Shown piece by piece: positions 56,426 to 64,000 of a stretch of DNA of 64,000 bases. The stretch comes from an uncultured Candidatus Rokubacteria bacterium. Lineage in GTDB: Bacteria > Methylomirabilota > Methylomirabilia > Rokubacteriales > DASRDR01. A program made the translations under genes and the position numbers. The notes under the pieces were generated by a model that was given only the letters and a program-made list of their open reading frames with translations, was not told where the DNA came from and searched no databases. The stretch's first letter is position 1. Each line of letters starts with the position of its first letter. The stretch lies in contig CAWGVS010000005.1 of assembly GCA_963826115.1 (NCBI GenBank), positions 1,216,001 to 1,280,000 of the forward strand, written 5' to 3'.

Positions 56426-56893
56426 ATGGGCTTCGGACGGTTCCAGCGCTGGCTCTATCGGGGGGGCCGTCCCAATGCCCTGGCCCGGGTCATCAATCGC
56501 GCCACGGCGGCGGTGCACGGCCTGGGGATCGCCCCGAACTACCTCGTCACCCTGGAGGTGGCGGGGCGCCGGTCCGGGCGCCCCATCGCCTTCCCGCTGG
56601 CCATGGCCGTCGTGGATGGGCAGCGCTTCGTGGTCTCGATGCTCGGCCCCGACGTGGCGTGGGTCAGGAACCTCCACGCCGCGGATGGCCGGGCGCTCCT
56701 GCGTCACGGCAAGACCGAGCGAGTGCGGCTAGAGGAGATTCCGGTCAATGAGCGCGTCCCCGTGCTGAAGGCCTACGTCAGGAAGGCGCCCGGAGCGCGG
56801 CCGCACCTCGGAGTGGACAGGGACGCCTCGCTCGAGGAGCTCCGGGCGATCGCCCCCCGGATCCCGGTGTTCCGGGTGCTCGCCGCCGAGTAG
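56426..56893 (+). CDS. deazaflavin-dependent nitroreductase/quinone reductase-like protein
   Basis: LEVAGRRSGRP, WVRNL, IPVFRV. Confidence 0.8.
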   Translation: MGFGRFQRWLYRGGRPNALARVINRATAAVHGLGIAPNYLVTLEVAGRRSGRPIAFPLAMAVVDGQRFVVSMLGPDVAWVRNLHAADGRALLRHGKTERVRLEEIPVNERVPVLKAYVRKAPGARPHLGVDRDASLEELRAIAPRIPVFRVLAAE

Positions 56894-56980
56894 CTCGACG
56901 CGGACGGGCTCGATGACACACCGGGCTCCCGGAAAGCCGGCCGGCCGCGCGTTCGACACCACCTCTCCGCCCGGTCGCTG

Positions 56981-57934
56981 ATGGGCCGCTACCTGGTCGT
57001 GCGCCTCTACTCGATGGCCATCACCCTGCTCGGCCTCACCGTCCTGGTCTTCCTGATGCTCCACCTGATCCCCGGCACTGTCGTCGAGCAGATGATCGGG
57101 GCCGACGCGGTGGTGAGCCAGCAGATGGTCGACCAGCTCAAGCGCTTCTTCGGCCTGGACCAGCCCTGGTACGTCCAGTACGGGCGGTGGCTCGGACAGC
57201 TCCTCCGCGGCGACCTCGGGACGTCGTGGCGAACCGGGAAGCCGGTCCTCACCCTGATCATGGAGCGCCTGCCGGTCACGATCGAGCTGACCCTGTTCTC
57301 GGTGGCCTTCGCGCTCATCGTCGGGGTGGCCGCCGGCGTCCTGTCCTCGGTCCGCCGGGACCGCCCCATCGACCACGTCACGCGGATCGGCACCCTGGTC
57401 GGGCTCTCGATCCCCGTCTTCTGGCAGGGCACGATGCTGATCCTCTTCTTCTCGCTGTACCTCCGCTGGATGCCGCCGGTGATGTGGGTCGACTTCCTGA
57501 CCGACCCCCGTCGGAACCTCACCATCATGATCCTCCCCGCCCTCTGCCTCGGCACCGCGGCGGCCGCGAACGTGGCGCGGACGACGCGCTCCTGCATGCT
57601 GGACGTCCTGGGATCGGACCACGTGCGGACGGCCCGCGCGAAGGGTCTGGCGAGCCGGGCCGTGGTCCTCAAGCACGCGCTGAAGAACGCGATGATCCCC
57701 GTGGTCACCGTCGCCGGGCTCCAGATCGGCATCCTCCTCGGCGGCACCGTGGTCGTGGAGGAGGTCTTCACCCTGCCGGGCGTCGGCCGGCTGGTCCTCT
57801 GGTCGATCTACCAGCGAGACTACCCGGTGACCCAGAGCACCATCCTGTTCATCGCGACGCTCTTCATGGCCCTCAATCTCGCCGTCGATCTGTTGTACGG
57901 TTACCTGGAGCCCCGGATCCGGTACGGGGACTGA
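56981..57934 (+). CDS. ABC transporter permease (DppB-like)
   Basis: GLDQPW, GDLGTS, DHVRTARAKGL, KHALKNA, EPRIRY. Confidence 0.93.
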   Translation: MGRYLVVRLYSMAITLLGLTVLVFLMLHLIPGTVVEQMIGADAVVSQQMVDQLKRFFGLDQPWYVQYGRWLGQLLRGDLGTSWRTGKPVLTLIMERLPVTIELTLFSVAFALIVGVAAGVLSSVRRDRPIDHVTRIGTLVGLSIPVFWQGTMLILFFSLYLRWMPPVMWVDFLTDPRRNLTIMILPALCLGTAAAANVARTTRSCMLDVLGSDHVRTARAKGLASRAVVLKHALKNAMIPVVTVAGLQIGILLGGTVVVEEVFTLPGVGRLVLWSIYQRDYPVTQSTILFIATLFMALNLAVDLLYGYLEPRIRYGD

Positions 57935-57989
57935 GCGGCCGCGAGCCGGGCCCGCGCCGGCGCGCGGCCCGAGGAGAGACGACGGACCC

Positions 57990-59081
57990 ATGAAGGCCCC
58001 GGTCCTGTTCCAGCAGAAGGAGCCCCTCCGCGTCGAGGAGCTCGAGGTGGAGGCGCCGCGCGAGGGCGAGGTGGCCGTCCGCATGGTGGCGAGCGGCGTC
58101 TGCCACAGCTGCCTCCACGCGGCCGACGGCAGCTGGCAGGGCATCCCCCTCCCGATCGTGCTGGGCGACGAGGGCTCGGGGATCGTGGAGCAGGTCGGAC
58201 CGGGCGTGCGGCACCTCCGGCCCGGCGACCACGTCGTGCTCTCCTGGGCCCCGACCTGCGGGCGCTGCCACTACTGCGTCATCGGCCGGCCGAATCTCTG
58301 CGAGAACCGCCAGCCCGGGAAGGGCGTCCTCCCCGAGGGCACCACGCGCCTGTCCTTCGGCGGAAAGCCCGTCTACCAGTACGGCCACGTCGCGACCTAC
58401 GCCTCCCGCACCGTGGTGGCGGAGTCGAGCGCGATCCCGATCCGCCCCGACATGCCCCTCGATCGCGCAGCGCTCATCGGCTGCTCGGTGATGACCGGCG
58501 TCGGCGCGGTGATCAACACCGCCCAGGTGCCGCCGGGCGCCGGCATGGCGGTCTTCGGGGTGGGCGGCGTCGGGCTCAACGTCGTCCAGGGCGGCGCGCT
58601 CGTGACCGCCCATCCGATCATCGCGGTCGACGTGCGGGCCGAGCGGCTCGAAGAGGCGCGGGCGCTCGGCGCCACGCACGTCGTGGACGCGTCGCGCCAG
58701 GATCCGGTGGCGGCCATCCGCGCCATCACGCGGCGGGGCGCCGACTACACGTTCGCCGCCGTCGGCGACGCGCGCGCGATGGGCCAGGCCATCGACGCCC
58801 TGGCGCCGGGAGGAACCGCGGTCATGATCGGCGTCCCGCCGACCGGCACGACGGTGCCCTTGAACGTCCAGCCGCTCGTGAGCCAGGAGCGCGTCATCCG
58901 GGGCTCGATCTACGGGAGCGCCCGGACCCGCGAGGACTTTCCCCGCCTCGTGGAGCTCTACCTCGCCGGCAAGCTCCGCCTCGACGACCTGATCACCCGC
59001 CGCTACTCGATCGACGAGGCGAACGAAGGGTTCCGGGACCTCGCGTCCGGGGCCCTCGCGCGCGGCCTCATCGTCTTCTGA
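57990..59081 (+). CDS. Zn-dependent alcohol dehydrogenase family with variant catalytic motif
   Basis: GVCHSC, LGDEG, structural-Zn CGRCHYC..C, GCSVMTG, GVGGVG. Confidence 0.88.
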   Translation: MKAPVLFQQKEPLRVEELEVEAPREGEVAVRMVASGVCHSCLHAADGSWQGIPLPIVLGDEGSGIVEQVGPGVRHLRPGDHVVLSWAPTCGRCHYCVIGRPNLCENRQPGKGVLPEGTTRLSFGGKPVYQYGHVATYASRTVVAESSAIPIRPDMPLDRAALIGCSVMTGVGAVINTAQVPPGAGMAVFGVGGVGLNVVQGGALVTAHPIIAVDVRAERLEEARALGATHVVDASRQDPVAAIRAITRRGADYTFAAVGDARAMGQAIDALAPGGTAVMIGVPPTGTTVPLNVQPLVSQERVIRGSIYGSARTREDFPRLVELYLAGKLRLDDLITRRYSIDEANEGFRDLASGALARGLIVF

Positions 59082-59089
59082 GCCCGACG

Positions 59090-59965
59090 ATGCCCGCGCC
59101 CACGCCCCGGCCGACGCCGTTGACGGTGTACCTTCCGTTCAACCGGGACTGCGTCCGCGACGGCTTCGTCCCAGCCAAGACGGGTGACGTACCGCCGCCG
59201 CCCTCCGGGCACTGGCTCCTCGTTCAGGACCAGGCGCTCCTCGTCCACGCGGAGGGCGACCGCTTCCGCCTGCCCGAGGGCGAGCGGCCGGCGGACCTCG
59301 CCGCGCCCGACCCGATATGGCTCGGCACGCTCGGGAACACGCCCTGCTGGGTGACGGCGGTGCCGAAGGACGCGCCGGTCCCGGCCGGGCTGTCGCGCGA
59401 GACCATGGTGCCGATGCAGGGCACGCGGCTCCCGGACGAGCTCCTGTCGCTCGGCGGGATGGCCATGCAGCTCCTCTGGTGGGAGTCGACCAGCGGGCAC
59501 TGCCCGCGCTGCGGGGAGCCGACGGCGCGCATCGCCGGCGAGTGGGGCAAGAAGTGCGCCCGGTGCCGCTACGAGCACTACCCCCACCTCCACCCCGCGG
59601 TGATCACGCTGGTCCGCGACGGGTCCCGCGTGCTGCTCGCCCGGAAGGCGGGCTGGGCGCCAGGGCGCTACGCGCTGGTCGCGGGCTTCGTCGACAACGG
59701 CGAGTCCCTCGAGGGCGCCGTCGCCCGTGAGGTGAAGGAGGAGGTCGGCGTCGACGTGACCGACATCCAGTACGTCGGGAGCCAGAACTGGCCCTTCCCG
59801 AGCCAGCTCATGATCGGCTTCGTCGCCCGCTACGCCGGCGGCGAGATCACGATCGACAAGGAAGAGCTCGAGGACGCCCGCTGGTTCGACTGCGACAAGC
59901 TCCCCACCGGCCCCTCCCGCCACTCGATCGCGGGATTCATCATCGCCAACCACGCCCGCCCCTGA
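59090..59965 (+). CDS. nudC: NAD(+) diphosphatase / NAD-capped RNA hydrolase
   Basis: CPRC..CARC zinc ribbon, Nudix box GFVDNGESLEGAVAREVKEEVG, SQNWPFPSQLM. Confidence 0.92.
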   Translation: MPAPTPRPTPLTVYLPFNRDCVRDGFVPAKTGDVPPPPSGHWLLVQDQALLVHAEGDRFRLPEGERPADLAAPDPIWLGTLGNTPCWVTAVPKDAPVPAGLSRETMVPMQGTRLPDELLSLGGMAMQLLWWESTSGHCPRCGEPTARIAGEWGKKCARCRYEHYPHLHPAVITLVRDGSRVLLARKAGWAPGRYALVAGFVDNGESLEGAVAREVKEEVGVDVTDIQYVGSQNWPFPSQLMIGFVARYAGGEITIDKEELEDARWFDCDKLPTGPSRHSIAGFIIANHARP

Positions 59966-59990
59966 GCGCGGGCATCTTGCGGAGGAACGC

Positions 59991-60755
59991 GTGCGTCCCA
60001 ACAGTCTGAAGGCGAAGCTCCGGGCCGGCCAGCGGGTGGTCGGCGCCCTCATCACGATCAACAGCCCCGAGCTGGTCGAGACCTTCGGCCACCTCGGCTA
60101 CGACTTCGTCTTCATCGACGGCCAGCACGGCGGCCTCGGCGTCGAGACGGCCCGGGAGCTCATCCGCGCGGCCGAGCTGACCGGCATGACACCGCTCGTG
60201 CGGGTCCGGAAGAACGACGCCGCGGAGATCCTCGAGTACCTCGACCAGGGCGCGGGGGGCGTCATCGTGCCCGATGTGATGGGCGCGACCGACGTGGAGG
60301 CCGCCGCCAAGGCGACCCGATATCCCTCGCGCGGGACGCGCGGCGCCATGGGCATGTCGCGCGCCGCCTTCTACGGGGTGCCCGAGACGCGCGGGGCCTA
60401 CTACCAGCAGGCGGACGACGAGGTCCTCTGCTGCGCCATCTTCGAGAACGCGAAGGTGCTCGAGGAGCTCGACGCCGCCGTCCGGGTCCCCGACCTCGAC
60501 GTCGTCGTGATCGGCCCCGGCGACCTCTCGATGTCGATGGGCATCCGGAACGGCTGGAAGGACCCGCGTGTCCAGGCCGAGGTCGCGCGGATCCACGCCG
60601 CCGCCCGGGCGGCGGGCAAACCGGGGATGATCGTCGCCCTTGACCACGACGACGGCCGTCGACTCCTGGCCGAGGGTTACCAGGCGGTCATGGTGGTGAC
60701 CGGCCCCATGATCGTGAACGCGGCCCGCGACTTCCTCCGCGTCCTTCGCTCCTAG
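59991..60755 (+). CDS. HpcH/HpaI aldolase family
   Basis: DFVFIDGQH, LVRV, LDQGAGG, YPSRGTRG, IGPGDLS. Confidence 0.88.
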   Translation: MRPNSLKAKLRAGQRVVGALITINSPELVETFGHLGYDFVFIDGQHGGLGVETARELIRAAELTGMTPLVRVRKNDAAEILEYLDQGAGGVIVPDVMGATDVEAAAKATRYPSRGTRGAMGMSRAAFYGVPETRGAYYQQADDEVLCCAIFENAKVLEELDAAVRVPDLDVVVIGPGDLSMSMGIRNGWKDPRVQAEVARIHAAARAAGKPGMIVALDHDDGRRLLAEGYQAVMVVTGPMIVNAARDFLRVLRS

Positions 60756-60768
60756 AGAGAGGCCCCTC

Positions 60769-61788
60769 ATGCGCGTCGCGACCTGGCACGGAGACACCCG
60801 CTTCACCCTCGACGACCTCCCGGAGCCCGTTCCGGGCCCGGGCGAGGCGCTGGTCGCCGTTCACACCGCCGGCATCTGCGGCAGCGACGTCCACGCGATC
60901 CAGGGGCTGTTCCCGCTGACGCCGCCGAGGGTCATGGGCCACGAGTACAGCGGCACCGTGCTCGAGGTCGGCCGCGGCGTGAGCCGGAGCCTGGTGGGCC
61001 GCGCAGTCGCCTGCGAGCCGAACTACGGGTGCGGAGTCTGCGACGACTGCCGGGCAGGCCGGATCAGCCAGTGCCAGCGGTGCGTGCGGGTGGGCGGCTT
61101 CGCGGAGCGCGTCGTGCTGCCCCGCCACTGCCTCCATCCCCTGCCCCAGGGCCTCGATCCCGCCACCGCCGCGCTCGCCGAGCCGGCCTCGTGCTGCCTC
61201 GAGGGGCTCGAGATGGCGCGGATGAAGAAGGGCGCGAGCGTGGTGGTGATCGGGGGCGGCATCATGGGCCTCCTCACGCTCGCCCTCGCGAAGGCCCGGG
61301 GCGCCGGGACCACGATCCTGTCGGATCCAGTCGCGAGCCGTCGCGAGGCGGCCCGGCGGCTCGGCGCCGATCTGACCGTCGATCCCGCGACCGAGGACCT
61401 CGCGACGGTCGTGAATCGCACGACGGGCGGCCGGGGCATCGACCTCGCCTGCGAGGCGGTCGGGAAGCCCGAGCTCCTGGCGGCGGCCGCGCGCCTCACC
61501 CGCCCCCGCGGCGTCGTCCAGCTGGTCGGCGTCTGCCCGAAGGGGAGCACGCTCCCGGTCGATCTCTTCGACTTCCACTTCCGCGAGCTGACCCTGACCG
61601 GCGCCTACGGCCGCGGGACGGCGTTCAAGCGCGTCCTGCCGCTCCTCGACCGCATCGGCGCCACCGACCTCGTCACGGACCGCTATCCGCTCGACCGGAT
61701 CGGCGAGGCGTTCGCCCACGCGGCCGCGGGCCGGGGGCTCAAGACCGCCATCGTGCCCGGCACCCCCTCAGCCAGGAGCCACGCATGA
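60769..61788 (+). CDS. Zn-dependent dehydrogenase (sorbitol/threonine DH-like MDR)
   Basis: GICGSD, GHE, CGVCDDC..C, EP, GGGIMG. Confidence 0.9.
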   Translation: MRVATWHGDTRFTLDDLPEPVPGPGEALVAVHTAGICGSDVHAIQGLFPLTPPRVMGHEYSGTVLEVGRGVSRSLVGRAVACEPNYGCGVCDDCRAGRISQCQRCVRVGGFAERVVLPRHCLHPLPQGLDPATAALAEPASCCLEGLEMARMKKGASVVVIGGGIMGLLTLALAKARGAGTTILSDPVASRREAARRLGADLTVDPATEDLATVVNRTTGGRGIDLACEAVGKPELLAAAARLTRPRGVVQLVGVCPKGSTLPVDLFDFHFRELTLTGAYGRGTAFKRVLPLLDRIGATDLVTDRYPLDRIGEAFAHAAAGRGLKTAIVPGTPSARSHA

Positions 61789-63491
61789 CCACCGCCAGCC
61801 AGGAATTCACCGTCCTCCGCGACGTCCCCCAGACGATGCGCGACGGGACGGTCCTCCGCGCCGACGTCTACGTCCCGAAGGGCAAGGGGCCGTTTCCCGC
61901 CCTCCTCGAGCGGACGCCGTACAGCAAGGACAACTCGCCCGAATGCCAGGTGGGGTCGCCGCCGTTCTTCGCGTCCCAGGGCTACGCGGTCGTGATCCAG
62001 GACGTCCGGGGCCGCTTCGCCTCGGAGGGTCGGTTCATCCCGTTCCACGACGACGGCTGGGGCGAGAACCGCGACGGCTACGACACGGTCGAGTGGATCG
62101 CCGCCCAGCCCTGGTGCGACGGGAACGTCGGCACCATCGGCGGCTCGTACGCGGGCGCGACCCAGTACCGTCTCGCCCCGACGCGCCCGCCTCACCTCCG
62201 CGCGATGTACGTCCGCGAGTCCTCGACGGACTACTGGGCGGAGTGGGTCTACCACGGCGGCGCCTTCGAGCTCGGCTTCATGGTCGAGTGGACGTTCAAG
62301 TGGACCTACAACAACCTGAAGCGCCTGGCGCGGAGCCCCGAGGAGTACGCCCGCCGGAAGGGGATCCTCGAGAAGGCGCTCGACGAGTTGCCCAGCTGGC
62401 ACCGGGAGCTGCCCCTCCACCCGAACCCGCTCGGGGAGGGTCTCGACGACTGGTACAACGAGTTCCTGGCCCACCCGGACGACGGCCCCTACTGGTGGCG
62501 CTGGAACATCGGCCACCGCCACGGCGACATCGAGACCCCGATCGTCCACATGGGCGGCTGGTTCGACATCTTCCTGGCGGGGACGATCAAGAACTTCGTC
62601 GGCACGCGCGCGAAGGCGCGCACCCAGGCCGCGCGCGACGCCCAGTACCTGGTGGTAGGGCCGTGGATCCACGGGCCGTGGAACATGGCGAAGACCGTCC
62701 AGGGAGAGATCGACTTCGGGCCCGAGGCGACCCGGGACTACAACGCGATCCGGGTGCCGTGGTTCGACCACTGGCTCCGCGGGACGAAGAACTCGGTCCC
62801 CGACGAGCCGCGGGTCCAGCTCTTCGTCATGGGCGAGAACCGCTGGCGCACGGCCGACACGTATCCGTGGCCGGGCACGCGCGAGACGCCCTGGCACCTC
62901 CGCGACGGCGGGCGGCTCACGCCGGACGCGCCGGCGGGCGCGGAGCAGGCCGACGGCTACCGGTACGACCCGGACGACCCGGTCCCGACGCTCGGCGGCG
63001 CCACCCTCAACATCCCGGGCGGCGCCTACGACCAGCGGCCCATCGAGGGGCGCTGCCTCGTTTACACGAGCGCGCCCCTCGAGCGCGACCTCACGGTGAT
63101 CGGGGACGTCCGGTGCGTGCTCCACGTCATGTCGACGGCGCCCGACACCGACTTCGTGGTCCGGCTGACCGACGTCCACCCCGACGGGACGTCGCGGCTC
63201 CTCTGCGACGGCATCCTCCGGGCGCGCTACCGGGAGTCCGGCAGCCGGCCGGTCCCGCTGACGCCCGGGCGCGTCACGGAGCTCACGGTGGACCTCTGGG
63301 CTACGGCCAACACGTTCCGCAAGGGCCACCGGATCCGCGTGGCCGTGACGTCGTCGAGCTTCCCCCGGTTCGACCGCAACCTGAACACGGGCGGCCCGAC
63401 CGGCGCCGAGGGGCGCGGGCAGGTCGCGCTCAACACGGTCTTCCACGACGCGGCGCGACCGTCGCGGATCCTCCTGCCGGTGGTGAGCTAG
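61785..63491 (+). CDS. CocE/NonD family hydrolase (peptidase S15-like)
   Basis: MRDG..LRAD, RTPY, QDVRGRFASEG, GGSYAG, GWFD, GPWIH, SSFPRFDRN. Confidence 0.92.
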   Translation: MTTASQEFTVLRDVPQTMRDGTVLRADVYVPKGKGPFPALLERTPYSKDNSPECQVGSPPFFASQGYAVVIQDVRGRFASEGRFIPFHDDGWGENRDGYDTVEWIAAQPWCDGNVGTIGGSYAGATQYRLAPTRPPHLRAMYVRESSTDYWAEWVYHGGAFELGFMVEWTFKWTYNNLKRLARSPEEYARRKGILEKALDELPSWHRELPLHPNPLGEGLDDWYNEFLAHPDDGPYWWRWNIGHRHGDIETPIVHMGGWFDIFLAGTIKNFVGTRAKARTQAARDAQYLVVGPWIHGPWNMAKTVQGEIDFGPEATRDYNAIRVPWFDHWLRGTKNSVPDEPRVQLFVMGENRWRTADTYPWPGTRETPWHLRDGGRLTPDAPAGAEQADGYRYDPDDPVPTLGGATLNIPGGAYDQRPIEGRCLVYTSAPLERDLTVIGDVRCVLHVMSTAPDTDFVVRLTDVHPDGTSRLLCDGILRARYRESGSRPVPLTPGRVTELTVDLWATANTFRKGHRIRVAVTSSSFPRFDRNLNTGGPTGAEGRGQVALNTVFHDAARPSRILLPVVS

Positions 63492-63507
63492 GAGGGCGAC
63501 CGAGGCG

Positions 63508-64000
63508 ATGAGCCGGACGGACGGCCCCTCCACGCTCCGCATCGGCCTCGCAGCCGCGCGGAACGCGCCGACGGTCGAAGAGCGGCTCGACGTCGTCGAG
63601 CGGTTCCTCGAGGACGCCGGGGCGCAGGGCGTCGCCATCGTCTGCTTCCCGGAGACCTACATCCCCGGGCTCCGCGGCCAGGACTTTCCCGTCCCGCCCA
63701 TCGACCAGCGCCGCCAGGAAAGAGCCCTCGACCGCGTCCGGGCCGCCGCCGGGCGGCGCGGCGTGGCCGTCGTCCTGGGCATGGAGTGGGGGACGCCCGT
63801 GGGCCTCCACAACGTGGCGTTCGTGATCGGGCGCGACGGGGCCGCCGTGGGCTACCAGGCCAAGAATCAGATTCCCCTCGAGGAGGAGCCCTTCTACGCG
63901 CCCGACGGCCGGCGTCGGCTGTTCGAGGTCGACGGGGTCCCCTTCGGCATCACGATCTGCCACGAGGGGTGGCGCTACCCCGAGGCCACTCGCTGGGCGG
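63508..64000 (+). CDS. carbon-nitrogen hydrolase (nitrilase/amidase) family, truncated by window end
   Basis: manual translation from ATG 63508 shows FPE, QAK, ICHE (E-K-C triad); absent from the ORF track because no stop is in the window. Confidence 0.88.
   Translation, partial: MSRTDGPSTLRIGLAAARNAPTVEERLDVVERFLEDAGAQGVAIVCFPETYIPGLRGQDFPVPPIDQRRQERALDRVRAAAGRRGVAVVLGMEWGTPVGLHNVAFVIGRDGAAVGYQAKNQIPLEEEPFYAPDGRRRLFEVDGVPFGITICHEGWRYPEATRWA

Noticed and set aside
1-64000. CRISPR arrays, tRNA, rRNA, riboswitches
   Set aside because: No regularly spaced repeats or recognisable RNA gene motifs found by eye; intergenic gaps are short. An Rfam/tRNAscan search would be needed to exclude small RNAs

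Overview
Very high-GC, gene-dense bacterial chromosomal segment of about 64 CDS. No rRNA, tRNA, CRISPR array, transposase, integrase or phage genes were recognised. Gene content and style are consistent with a soil heterotroph such as Ca. Rokubacteria/Methylomirabilota (inference only). The window is mostly catabolic/scavenging functions: three family-5 (Dpp/Opp-type) ABC importer sets that all lack ATPase genes, many amide/ester/C-N hydrolases and oxidoreductases, three split-barrel (F420/FMN-type) proteins, moaA, kynU, dusB, nudC, ndh, an orphan AYRGAGR-type molybdoenzyme large subunit, a RelE-type toxin-antitoxin pair in a less GC-rich islet, and a glxBCD(mgsABC)-gmaS N-methylglutamate (methylamine) cluster. 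Five genes carry single-base frameshifts that look like sequencing errors. The most unusual signals are an M29-fold protein lacking most metal ligands, a Zn-dehydrogenase with an altered catalytic Zn motif (CHSC/GDE), a 444-nt convergent gene overlap, a near-perfect sigma54 promoter on a DUF gene, repeated leaderless-type promoters, and no recognisable transcription-factor gene. I found no clear-cut wholly new multi-gene system; the candidates listed are hypotheses. All family assignments come from motif recognition by eye, not database searches.
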